Source of the DNA: Azolla caroliniana
Lineage: Eukaryota; Plantae; Polypodiophyta
NCBI GenBank assembly: GCA_043228905.1
Contig: JBHGNT010000373.1
Coordinates: 1-30,508 of the forward strand
Direction: 5' to 3'
Length of the DNA: 30,508 bases
The stretch's first letter is position 1, and the number at the start of each line of letters is the position of its first letter. The position numbers were made by a program, and so were the translations under genes. Below, piece after piece: positions 12,630 to 23,470 of the stretch. Under the pieces are notes generated by a model. The model did no database searches. It worked only from the letters and a program-made list of their open reading frames with translations, and had not been told where the DNA came from.

Positions 12630-13148
12630 CGTTAGGAGATGCGGGTGTGAGAACCGGCTGACACTGACACGAGGAACCGACCTCAAGTTGAGCTTGACTC
12701 GGAGCGTTGAGAGACAAGCTCAACATGGGCTGGATCAGCTGAAGAAACCGAGAGTCGGATCAAACAAAAGCTAATTAGTTAGGCTTGGATCGACTGAAGA
12801 AGTCGGGAGCCAGATCTGACATAGGTCGATCGGCTAGGCTGGATCTACGGGTGTGTATATATATATATATATATATTCTTATTTTAGTAAATAGGAATAT
12901 TATAGGTTGTTAGTGTTTGATGCTCGATTAATGAGCATTAAAGTACGTGCTAGTACTTTTGCTAGTCCTTTTGAAAGACTTGTATAAAAAGTGCTCTGTG
13001 AGCACAATTGTAAATACTGAGTCCTTTTGCAATAGAAATTTTTGTGTGGTCTGCTCACTCAATCTCTCTCCCTCCATGCTTACCTAATTATTTGTTTCCA
13101 GATAACCGATTGTGTACTCTGTGTTTCGCATATCGCTTCTCAAGAACA
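12630..13148 (+). mobile_element. Probable 3' LTR of the second copia
   Basis: GCTTGAAGA-(C)GTTAGG resembles a decayed PPT plus LTR start. (TA)n at ~12856-12876, TATAAAAA at ~12984, T-rich U5-like tract, and end ..AAGAACA. Confidence 0.4.
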
Positions 13149-13153
13149 ATATG

Positions 13154-13841
13154 TGTTAGGGTTGGGATGGTTAGAAGGATAGTGCATTGTGGTGTGATTT
13201 GTTGTCACCCTGGATATCCAATTGGGGTGGAAGTTTCTCATCTAAAACTTATGTTGGGAAAACATGTTCCTCCGGATGGGAAGAGTACGAGTCGAATCAG
13301 ATGGAGTCGATGGGTAATTTGGCCGAGGCCAAAAACGGAAATTGAAAATTGATTATATAACCGATTCGAGAGACTATATTTGTAAATAGTCTAAATGTGC
13401 CCCATGTGGGCTATATCTGTAAATAGCCAAAAAGTTGTATAAGTATAAATACAACTAGGGCAAACATTATGAGTGTGGTCGAATTAGTAGTTGATCATTA
13501 TTGTGAGTGAGTTGCCTTGGTAATTGCCTTGGTAACAGAGTGTGAGTGACAGTAGGAGAGTGAGAACAGAGTTATAACTCTGTAGCCGTCTGTTGGCGAA
13601 GAAGAACTCAAGGTTGTTGCCTTTGAGTGTCTTATTGTATATTCCTCCTACCATATAGTGATCTGTTTGGAGTTTGTGGACTCCACGTGGGTTTTCCCAT
13701 TCGGGTTTTCCACGTTAAATCTTGTGTGTCTGTACTTGTGTTTTTCTGCCCTCTCGTTTTCTGTTTGAGCATTATCTTTCTCGATCTTTGCACCCGAATA
13801 TACGTATGAGAAACTGGTTGTGGCCGGTTCCGATCCTAACA
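13154..13841 (+). mobile_element. Isolated LTR (688 bp)
   Basis: Perfect terminal inverted repeat TGTTAGG...CCTAACA; TATAAATA at ~13444; U5 motifs shared with 1-150. The flanking 5-mers ATATG/ACTTA do not form a TSD. Confidence 0.75.
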
Positions 13842-13849
13842 ACTTATTG

Positions 13850-15340
13850 AGTGGGTATCCAAAAGGTTGGAGGTAAGTTTATGTATTGGAGCTCTCAATT
13901 CTGGCATTTTCATGTACGACTTAAGGTGGTCCAATCGATTATGGTCTCTATGGTGTCATATTATGTTCCTTTGTTAGCATGGTTGAACAAAGCTCTTGAA
14001 ATGATGTCATAGTCGATGCGAATGTTGTTATGGAAAAGAAAAGGGAAAAACTTATCATGGTTGGCATGGGATCATGTTTGTACTCTGAAGCATCTTGGTT
14101 GGGATCATGACTCGTTGATTTACTTTCATTTGATTTATGTTTGAAGGTGTACAACCTTGGACAGAAATTATGGTGTACTTTATAGAGAAGAATAGAATTA
14201 AGCTTGGAAACATTAAGGTTTAAGCTAATTGGTGGAATGTAATTAATTTTGAAAGGGATGTCAAATGTGTAGGGTCTTTGATAGTTAATCATTTGTTGAC
14301 ATCTTGGCAAAGTATGTTGGATTTTGTGGAATAACATCCTCCACAAGAAAGGGGATTTGCTAATTCATTACAAATGGAGGTTTTGGCAACATCAAGGTTG
14401 TTGAGGTGGGAAGGTAAACAAATTCTTAACCTTCAATTTAATGGGATGGCTAAATTGGGTTTGGTAATGTAGCCAAAGGTGTTATGTTGGTGTCACAAAG
14501 AAGATTAATGGCCTTTTGAACAACAAAATCAACATTTCGTATTCCAAAAGGTTATACCTTTATTTGGGATAAGTTGCAAGAAACACTATTTTCGTATGAG
14601 CCAATTCCTGATTTAGATGGGGGATCTCAAGATCTTGATTGGAGGTTTGTTAGAAATAAGAGATTGACTATGATCTCAACAATTGTTGATTATCACAAGT
14701 TGATTGACAAACATAAGTGGTTGGATGAAAGGGTTATAAAGATATGGAGTTTTCGTAAGCCCATTACTTGGTGGTTTCATGTGATTAAGGCAGGTTGGTG
14801 TTCTCGATTGATGCTACGAGCTAAGGTATTTATTTGGAGAGTTATGGTTGGAGCTTTACCATTAGGGGATGCATAAAAAAACAAAGAAACATTACTAAAG
14901 GATTGTGTTTCTTTTATTCGGTGAAATTGGAACATAGTAGGCATCAATTTCTTTCATGTGTGATTGCAATGATCGTTTGGAGGTGTATCAGTTTAGTGTG
15001 GATGTCTCTAACTAGAATAAGCCTATCTTCTTTCAATTGGGCTTTTGCACATATGGAGAACAATGAACCGATGCCTCATTTCCAGATTATTTTTGAGTTC
15101 TTGAGGTATTGGGGGTTATGGTTCAATTGGAATATGCGAAATGCCTTCACTTTTGATTCACAAGTTGGGGTGAGTGAATATGTTGTAAAGTTAAAAGGAC
15201 TTATTTTGTGGCAATTGACAGTGCTAGAGAAGTCACGGAATCTCAACCAAGGTCACATATCATCATATTCGCCATTTGAATTGGTTCTATACTTTGTAGT
15301 AAGTTAGTCATGTTGGTTTTTTTTTCTTTCATAATGAAAG
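13850..15340 (+). mobile_element. LINE (L1/Tx1-like) 3' remnant: post-RT region and zf-RVT
   Basis: GWCSRLMLRAKVFIWRVMVGALP, CFF..EHSRHQFLSC, WGLWFNWNMRNAFTF; frameshifted. The 5' boundary is approximate. Confidence 0.8.
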
Positions 15341-15349
15341 CCATTATTT

Positions 15350-18300
15350 AGGAAAGAGAGAGAGTGAGAGAGAGAGTGAAAAAAAAAGCAAGAGTGGAGA
15401 GGGGAATAAGAAGAAGCGAATTTGTTTTTGTTGTTGCGCTCTCTATTGGCAATGGAATTGGGAACAAAGGCAAGCATTAGAAAGACCTTGATAAGAGTTT
15501 CGTAACGAGATATAACAAGTTAAATTTGGTGGTCTGTACAAGAAGCAATGATAGAAATAAGGAATCTTGTGTTGTCGGTATCCACATACTCAACACACAT
15601 TGCGGGTCTTCTATTGTCTTCATCATCTTCGACCTCTTCAATCGGGTGAGTTTCGGTTGTCTCTATTCATGGAAAATTGTTTTTATCCCGGATTGAAATC
15701 ACATCAAGAATAATGGATATAAACATGAATTCCTCACAAATTGTGGGGGACGTTGATATGGAAACAATTGATCCAAAAAAGAGTAATGTGATGGTTGAAT
15801 GTAATCGTGAAAGGGAAGACATTGGAAGCTCTAAGAGGTTTAAGGGTATTGAGAAAATTAATGAGAAAAATTTGGCATATGCCGAAGTAATATATGTAGA
15901 TGTGTTTGACAAGGATCATTGTAATTTGGATAATTTATGGGGAATTGTCAATACCTTGTTGCCTGATATTATGGAGGAAAATGAAAATGAAATGAAAGAA
16001 TGCATTGATGAGGATGTGCATGATGTGGAAGTTGATGCTAAGGCAATATTGCAATCTTTTGATGTATTCTATGATCGTGCAGCTCTATTATTTTTTAGCG
16101 GGAAACTCCCATACATTAATTGGATTAAACAATGGTTGAACATAGTCGTGTCACCAAATTGTGTTGAAAATATATATGTAGGACCATGAGGGGTTTATGA
16201 TGTAGTATTTCGTTCTCAAGAACATCAAAGTGCATTGTTGGCTAAAGTTGTTGTGTTTTTTGATGTAATGCAATGGTCCCCCATAGTGGACTATCATGCT
16301 TTGTTAAAACAAGAATGCCCTGTTTGGGTAACATTGGATTGTAAGCATGCTTTTTTATGGCCACTTTTACCAGAGTTGATGAGTCAAATGGGTGAAGTGT
16401 TGGTATCTCCACATACAAATGCTACAAAGAAGTGCATATTTTGTGTTATGGGATCATACAAATTGTAAGAGGCCAAGATGGGTGTGTATGAACACACCTG
16501 GTATGAAAAGACTTTGTTTTAAATTGAAGTATGAGACATTTGCAAGTCTTTGTTTTGGGTATGGTGAATGAGATCACTTTATGGAGGAATGTCATCATCA
16601 TTGTCCTTCAACTATAGAGGTTCCGAATGAAGGGAATGGTAAGGACGACGTTGGGAGAGATGTTGGTGTGTCAGATATTGTGGTTGTTATGGATGAAGGA
16701 ACATCATCTAGAGCATGTTATAAAGAGGTCTCACTTCAAGGTTTGGGCCCTAAGAATAAGGGAACTCAATCTATGGATATGGAAAAACAAAGTTTAATCG
16801 TTATAGATTAGGAGAAAAAACCATTGGATAGAGCTAGTAGTGATGTGGTTGTTGACAAAGATTGGCATCAGGTCAATGACAAGTCGAAAGGGAAATCAAA
16901 GAATATGTTATGTAATAGTTTGCCCATTACTCATAAGACTACTTGGCAACGTAATTCAGGAACTAGAGAGGGTCCTCGAAAAGTTCCTTGGCAACAACAA
17001 TTTAGGGATAAGGGATTACCCCTTTCATCGAATTCTCGAGGTTATCATCAAGCGGGAGGACCTAAACAAAAGATTTCGATAGAAAACCCTAAGGATGTGG
17101 TGCATGAGAATCCATATGCAACATGGGAACATGCTTCGACTAGTTTCATGACATCGATTGCTCTAAAGGAGCAAGTGCACCCATGATATTATATTACTTG
17201 CCATTGTTGCCATGGACAAATAAGGCTTTACATTCTATTTTGCAACTTCTTTGATATTTGTTGTGGAATAAGAGAGATAAGATGGGAATCATTTGGGTTG
17301 CATGGAATCATCTAGCAACTCCTAAGCGCTTGGGGGGAGCTGTAATACTTAACTTATCTATGCATATGATGGCTCGTAAATTTTCATTATTATAGAATGT
17401 GCTCAAACTCACAACCGTGGATATCTATTGTTCAATTTTTCATCGAGAACAAGGGTTTAATACATGGGAGGACAATGATTAAGGCTTCATGGTGGCAATT
17501 ACTAAATGGATGTATTTCACTTAGTATTTCAAGCTCTTCATGTGTTCAACACTTGGTTACCTCATGGCAAGAAGCACTCTTGTTATGTGTATGGAAACCA
17601 TAATCTAGTAGAGAGCAGTGTAATTCTTTGCAAAAAGAGTTACTTACGTCTTCTTGGTTCTATGCTGGCCAAGAAAGGGTCAAATGTCGTCGTTACAAGT
17701 GACTACTAATCTTTTGTATCATTGTTATGTTGGGTCTCTTGGATAGTTATTATCTAAGGTTGAAGAAGAATGGAAAATACACAAATTTGATCATAGGTGG
17801 TGGCAGATCTTACAACGTAGTTGGCATTCTAAATTGCCACTTGTAGCCATAGATTGACACATGTGTGATATTCGTGATATTCTCCATGCGCAATATTCTT
17901 AATATTCGAGAATATGAAATGGCCCCAAGATTGATTTATTTATTTAAATAAATTTATTTCACCAAAAATAGAACAATTACTCATTAATAGATTATACTTT
18001 CAAGAGAGTTTATAAAACTTATTTTAATTAATCAATTTTTAAAAAACGAATATTTTTATATTTATTATACAAATATGATTAGTTTGAACGTTAAAGATAT
18101 GATTGGTTTGAAGTACTATTTTTAATGTCAAAATAAAAATATCCATAAATTTTGAGGGAATAAAAAGTGAGAAATGAATGAGCCTTTCTTTTATTTTATT
18201 TATTTATCAAAAATAAAACGAATACTTATAACTTATAAGTTATACATTTATTATAAAAAATTAGTAGTGTCAAATCCCCAAGTCCTCTTTTATTTATCTT

Positions 18301-18556
18301 AGGAAATTAAAAAAGACAGAGTTTTTTTTTAGTTAAACGAATACTTGACCACTCATTCGTATTCGTATTCGTTTGCATTCGAATGGGAAACCCGACGAAT
18401 GTGAATATATCAATCTATGTTTGTAACAAACGTTTTCATTTGGAGAGATTTGATGGGAGGATTGCCTTTGGTATTAGCTCTAAAGTGTCGTGGACTAACA
18501 ACGGGTAATTGCTTGAAACATTCGCTAATGCGAAATGCACGTATGGTTCATACTAT
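15350..18556 (+). mobile_element. Decayed, internally deleted LINE: ORF1 joined to post-RT ORF2, interrupted by a MITE
   Basis: ORF1 ~15670-17186 (WIKQWL..GFYDVVF..QWSP..CPVWV.. plus a degenerate knuckle CFGYG..HFMEEC). At ~17183 it switches to MILYYLPLLPW..LLWNK..WVAWNHLATPKRLGG (post-RT motif). zf-RVT SWHSKLPLVA / TNVFIWR is split by 17850-18417. Confidence 0.8.
17850..18417. mobile_element. hAT-like MITE
   Basis: Termini TAGATTGA...TCAATCTA; subterminal TATTCG/CGAATA repeats; very AT-rich core; interrupts the LINE zf-RVT frame. Degenerate duplication TGTAGCCA / TGTAACAA, offset by 4 nt. Confidence 0.7.
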
Positions 18557-18759
18557 GTTTTCATTAGTAATGGGCCCGATTCGGTTCAGTTTCTTGGCCT
18601 TGAAACCAAACCAAACCATTTATTAATAATATAAACCGAACCAAACTGTTTTAAAATTTATGAAGCCATTTAAACCAAACCGTTTAGAGCCGAACCATAA
18701 AACCAAACCATTTACAAAAAATTTAAAACCAAACCAAACCAAACAATTTTTTATTGATA

Positions 18760-18860
18760 TTAATCATTATACTTATTATAAATTTGTGTGAGAAAATCAT
18801 CATAAAATTTGTCATCATACTTATCATAAATTTGATCATCATACTAATCATAAATTTGAT
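18760..18860 (+). repeat. 24-bp minisatellite, left part (ATCATAAATTTGATCATCATACT[T/A])
   Basis: About 2 clean units plus degenerate upstream units. Confidence 0.85.
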
Positions 18861-19144
18861 TGTTGATCATGTACAACATTTGGATAAGCCTTTAAGCCTG
18901 TCTGATTTTCAACAAACTGAAGTGGGTAAGCTAGACATTGCCGATGTTGACATGAATTGTGTAGTTGCCTTCACTGGAGTAGATAGGTCTACTGATAGGG
19001 TAGATAAACACATGCCAGTGCGGTCACATAAGTTGATAGGGAAAGACATATGGTCTAATAGAAGACAATTACGAGCCTCAGAGGATGGAAGAAAGGGTAG
19101 AGATGTTGCACTCGCCGAAAGGAGAATAGGGGGAAAAAATATGA

Positions 19145-20542
19145 ATGATGGATAGGTTAAATATTATATCATGGAATGTTCGAGGTTTAGGAGGTAGTAA
19201 TTGTGGTAAAGTAAGGAGTGTTTTCCGTCGTCAGTTGAAGAAGTCTTTGGTAGGTAGAATTGATGTTCTTTTGATTCAAGAACATCATTTAAATGAACAA
19301 CGGATTCGGAAATATGGAAATTTGTTGCCAGGTAAATGGAGGCAGCTTTGGGTGCCTGCACTTGGGGTTAATAGGCTGAAAGCTGGACTATGTATAGCAA
19401 TAAACGATACCTGTTTGCTCAATTTTTTACATTATGGAGTCTTGTCCTGTAGTCGAGGTCAATATGCAATTTTTCAAATAGGTTTGAAGAAGTGGGGTTT
19501 ATTGAATATTTATGCTCCGAATAATGCAAAAGATAGAATGATACTGTGGAAAAGCATAATTTCACAGTTACCCATTGTGGATCATTGGGCAATTGCAGGT
19601 GATTTTAATATGGTAGAGGATGTGAGTGATAGGGTAGGAGGAACGTCACAAACAGTGGCTGGTTCAGAATTATATGAATGGGAACGACTGATTTTTGCTT
19701 TAGGATTAATGGATGTGTGGCATGTATCTTCCTTTGTAAGGCTACAGGATTCTTTAGAGTACTCCAGATCAAATAGAAGTGAGCTTCATACTAATTTGTC
19801 TAGGTTAGATAGATTTTATGCCGATAAGTTTATATGGGACAAAGGAGGCTCCATTGGAATTTTACCTTCATTTTCCTTTTCTGATCATGCACCTCTTCGT
19901 ATAATTATAGTTCTACAGGAACAATATAAAACTTCTAGGTTTCGAATTCCGAATCATGTGTTTCTGCGACAAGATTGTGTTTGTATTGTACATAATATTT
20001 GGAATAAGTATGTCTATTCGCATGATTGTGCATTATCCAGTGTTCAAAATGCTATTAGGGAAATACAACAATTTTTCCACTATAAGGCCAAACAAGTAGT
20101 TCACTCATCTTTCACAAAAATAGGAAGACTTCGTAGGGGATTGAGGTCCTTACAACATTTGCAAGAGAAAAGGCCGTATTCGACTTATATAAGGTCTAGG
20201 GTGATACAAGTAGGAAACCAAATATTAGAATTACAAAAGGTTTCCGCAGAATTTACTTACCATAATATAGCATCTGAATGGGCAGAGTCAGGAGATAAAG
20301 TAAATAAAATGTTTTTTAAAATGCATAATTTCCATAAGTCTACGGCTAGGATTTCCCAGTTAAAATGTCCAGATGGCTCTTTCACCAATGATGCTAGTCA
20401 GATGCGGCAAATAGCCTCTGAATATTATGATAATTTGTTGAAGGCTCAATCCTTTTCTATTGGCGATTTAGCTAAAAGAGATATTATAGGAGTCTTCAAT
20501 TGTGTCTTCTGCCAGGCAGCTGCCAGTGAGAGTAATAGCTAG
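19145..20542 (+). CDS. LINE ORF2 N-terminal part: APE-type endonuclease plus linker (465 aa; last ~17 aa probably out of frame)
   Basis: SWNVRG, LIQEH, NIYAPN, GDFN, RLDRFY, SDH all intact; linker W..SGDK..KMFF and IASEYYDNLL. Ends before the KSPGxDG/RT motifs. Confidence 0.9.
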   Translation: MMDRLNIISWNVRGLGGSNCGKVRSVFRRQLKKSLVGRIDVLLIQEHHLNEQRIRKYGNLLPGKWRQLWVPALGVNRLKAGLCIAINDTCLLNFLHYGVLSCSRGQYAIFQIGLKKWGLLNIYAPNNAKDRMILWKSIISQLPIVDHWAIAGDFNMVEDVSDRVGGTSQTVAGSELYEWERLIFALGLMDVWHVSSFVRLQDSLEYSRSNRSELHTNLSRLDRFYADKFIWDKGGSIGILPSFSFSDHAPLRIIIVLQEQYKTSRFRIPNHVFLRQDCVCIVHNIWNKYVYSHDCALSSVQNAIREIQQFFHYKAKQVVHSSFTKIGRLRRGLRSLQHLQEKRPYSTYIRSRVIQVGNQILELQKVSAEFTYHNIASEWAESGDKVNKMFFKMHNFHKSTARISQLKCPDGSFTNDASQMRQIASEYYDNLLKAQSFSIGDLAKRDIIGVFNCVFCQAAASESNS

Positions 20543-21539
20543 GTTGGGAAAAAAGATATTTATAGATCCTAATCCACTAATTGCTAAGTATTCATCTCAT
20601 ATATGGGTTTTAAATTCTAGACCAATTGTTGATTTGCAGTGGGATCCATTAGATTATGGTTGGAAGTTACCAATGTCTGATAGTACGCAAGAGAAAGTTC
20701 TTCCATTTTTTGCATATTCTGTGTCACTGGGTAGGAAGTTTTTGTTAAATGAGATAGAGTCAATTCCGGCAGGAAAAAAATATTGGGAGGAAGGTAATGT
20801 CTCATCTACATATATGTTGAAGTTTTGGAAACACCTTTGGTCGCTTAAATGTATGAACAAGGTATTGCACTTTCGATGGTTAATGATTCATTATGCATTG
20901 CCAGTAGGAGCTTTATTGAGGGGAACAATACCTGATCGATCATGTGGTAGGTGTGGCTGGGCATATGAGACATTACATCATGCTTCTTTTTGGGAATGTG
21001 TTACGGCCAAATGTTTTTGGGCTCGTATTCTTAGGCTTTTAAGTCGTAAGTATAGGGCTACTAAATTCACGTGGGGTACAATCTTTTGGGGTACGTTGGA
21101 TCAAGAAACTGTTTTTTATCATTATCATAATTCATCATTGACTTTACATGTGAAAAGTTTTCAGGTGTACGTTACGAATAGCTCCTTGCAGGGAGTCAAG
21201 TTCTTTTCTAGGTGTTATGTTTGGAACTTTATTTCCTCGTTGGCCTTATGGATTATTTGGAAAGCAAGGTGTTCTAAAATATATAATGATGAAGATACTA
21301 ATGTTGTGGATCAAGTTAAATCTTTCTGGGAATTATTGGTAAATATAGTTAAAGGTGAATATGATAGCTATAAGGGTTGTGGAAATGGGCCTAACCGGAA
21401 AAGAAAGCGACTTAGAAGAGTCTGGTCAACCATTCCTATTTTTTTGGATGCAACAGGGGAAGATGTAAAGTGGAATTATGTTCCACCTCGATGGTTGTTT
21501 CCGCCACCAGCGCCATTTATATTGAACACAGCCGTTTAG
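20502..21539 (+). CDS. LINE ORF2 C-terminal part: zf-RVT / CCHC zinc-finger region (345 aa)
   Basis: FWKHLWSL..KVLHFRW..ALPVG, CGRC..ETLHHASFWEC, ALWIIWKARC; no internal stop. The predicted start is a GTG and is probably not a true initiator. Confidence 0.85.
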   Translation: MSSARQLPVRVIARLGKKIFIDPNPLIAKYSSHIWVLNSRPIVDLQWDPLDYGWKLPMSDSTQEKVLPFFAYSVSLGRKFLLNEIESIPAGKKYWEEGNVSSTYMLKFWKHLWSLKCMNKVLHFRWLMIHYALPVGALLRGTIPDRSCGRCGWAYETLHHASFWECVTAKCFWARILRLLSRKYRATKFTWGTIFWGTLDQETVFYHYHNSSLTLHVKSFQVYVTNSSLQGVKFFSRCYVWNFISSLALWIIWKARCSKIYNDEDTNVVDQVKSFWELLVNIVKGEYDSYKGCGNGPNRKRKRLRRVWSTIPIFLDATGEDVKWNYVPPRWLFPPPAPFILNTAV

Positions 21540-22650
21540 GATGAGTGCGTGAGGAAAGTGTAAACTGTTTTTGTGTTGTAAATACAGGTTTTCCACGGAC
21601 ATTGGCAACAAGCTAATCGACGAGAGGGCTGATGTGGAAAGAAGGAAGAATGTGTAAGAGAAAAGGATGGGGTATGGTGGCGGGGTCATAGTCGACAATC
21701 GTGAGTGGGTGGGGAATTTTTACACTAATTTTTGTTTTTAATACAGGTTTTTCATCAACAGTGCAAGATGTTAATCGGCAAGAGGGCTGACGTGGACTGA
21801 ATGAAGAATTTCTTGTTTTGTGATAAGGATGAGGGAAGATGGCGGGGGGGTCGAAGCCGTCTATCATGAGTGAGGAAACTTTGAGATTAACTGTTTTGTT
21901 ATTGATACAGGTTTTTTCGTGGACATTGGTCATGACGATAATTGGCTAGACGGTTGATGTGGATTGAACGAAGAAATTTTCTGTGTGAAAGTGATAAGGT
22001 TGAGTGAAGATGGTGGGGAGGGTGAAGCCGACTATAACGAGTGGGTGAGAAAATGTTTACACTAATTTTGTGTTGATCAATACAGGATATGCGTGGACAT
22101 TGCCACCGTGTTAATTGGTGAGATGGCTGATGTCGACTGTATGAAGAATTTTTGTGTTAAGGATGAGTGAAGATGGTGGGGAGGGTGAGGCCGACTATAA
22201 CGAGTGGGTGAGGAAATGTTTACATTAATTTTGTGTTGATCAATACAGGATATGCGTGGACATTGCCACCGTGGTATTTGGTGAGATGGCTGATGTCGAC
22301 TGAATGAAGAATTATTGTGTTAAGGATGAGTGAAGATGGTGGGGAGGGTCGAAGCCAATGTGCAGGAGTGGGTGAGGACATGTTTTAACCTAAGTTTTTG
22401 TTGATTATACAGGATATGCGTGGACATTGGAACCAGGTTAATCGGTGAGATGGCTGATGTCGACTAAAGGAAGAAATATTTGTGGTGAGGATGAGTGAAG
22501 ATGGTGGGGAGGGTCGAAGCCAATCATCACGAGTGGGTGAGGAATTTTTAGACGGATTTTATTCTTATCACAGATTTTTGGGGTTTTTGGGCAATGATGT
22601 TAATCGGAGACATGACTGATGTGGGTTAAATGAAGAATGGTTGTGATGAG
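21540..22650 (+). repeat. Tandem array of ~7 units of ~163 bp
   Basis: GG(A/T)TG unit starts at 21665, 21827, 21998, 22161, 22324 and 22489, plus a partial first unit. The central units are near-identical and the outer units diverged. Confidence 0.95.
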
Positions 22651-23329
22651 ATTATGGTCTAATCAATGTATGGCTGTTCTGAGTTGGTAGAGATTATCAT
22701 GGTTGCTTCAAAGTGACAGGTGCTGCAGGGACTGTTTTGGTGTTGTGTTTTCAACGGCAACAGCCGAGGAAGGTTCAATCTTGCATGGGAAAAGACAGAC
22801 AAAGATACAAGAGGTTGGACAAATTTATGAGCTTGGAAAGTCAGCTTGAAGAAGACTACGGCCAAGAAGTAGCAGATTACCTCAATGGCTTGATTGGAGA
22901 GAGCAGTTTGGTATTACCTAAGTGGTACAAAAGGACATTCACAAGGGAAAATTAAAGGCCAAGGAACGGGAACAGCTATTGGACAACCAGGTGATGGTGA
23001 ACAACTTTAGTACATGCGGAACCAAATGCAAACATGGAGTTTTTAGACTACTAGCCATGATTACCACCAAGATATGTATTCACTTGGACCGCAGGAATTT
23101 GTTTATAGGTTGAATATGGGTATACTAAAGAGCTTTAGTATATGTGGAATCACATTCAGCCAATGTTGGCTGCAACATGATGTTTTTTAGAGGCCATAAC
23201 AAATGCCATCATTATTTGGTCCCTTTTTTTACGATATATACTTATGGAGTGGAAACTATTATGTACAATTTGTAGATTGCCTTTGACATTGTCAATTTTA
23301 ATACCAATGGAGCATATTTTTTATGGAAA

Positions 23330-23470
23330 AATCATAAATTTGATCATCATACTTATCATAAATTTGATCATCATACTAATCATAAATTTGATCATCATAC
23401 TTATCATAAATTTGATCATCATACTAATCATAAATTTGATCATCATACTTATCATAATTGATCATCATAA
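23330..23470 (+). repeat. 24-bp minisatellite, right part, organised as a 48-bp dimer
   Basis: 5+ units with strictly alternating CATACTTATC / CATACTAATC. Confidence 0.95.

Larger units (their letters stand above)
18861..23329 (+). mobile_element. 5'-truncated L1/Tx1-like LINE lacking RT, with a long 3' region
   Basis: Flanked by AATCATAAATTTGAT (18846-18860 and 23330-23344) with a short A run at the 3' end. An open ORF1-tail-like frame (18862-19155) overlaps the ORF2 start. Confidence 0.8.

Noticed and set aside
13154-13841. Clean solo LTR with TSD, or 5' LTR of a downstream element
   Set aside because: Flanking 5-mers differ and no PBS follows; the downstream sequence is LINE-derived.
22045-22085. 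GTGAG...TACAG 41-nt intron inside each array unit
   Set aside because: Shorter than typical minimal plant introns; the ~131-nt alternative is more plausible.
21540-22650. CRISPR-like repeat/spacer array next to a nuclease ORF
   Set aside because: Units are homologous along their whole length with no unique spacers, the nuclease is a LINE APE, and the context is eukaryotic.
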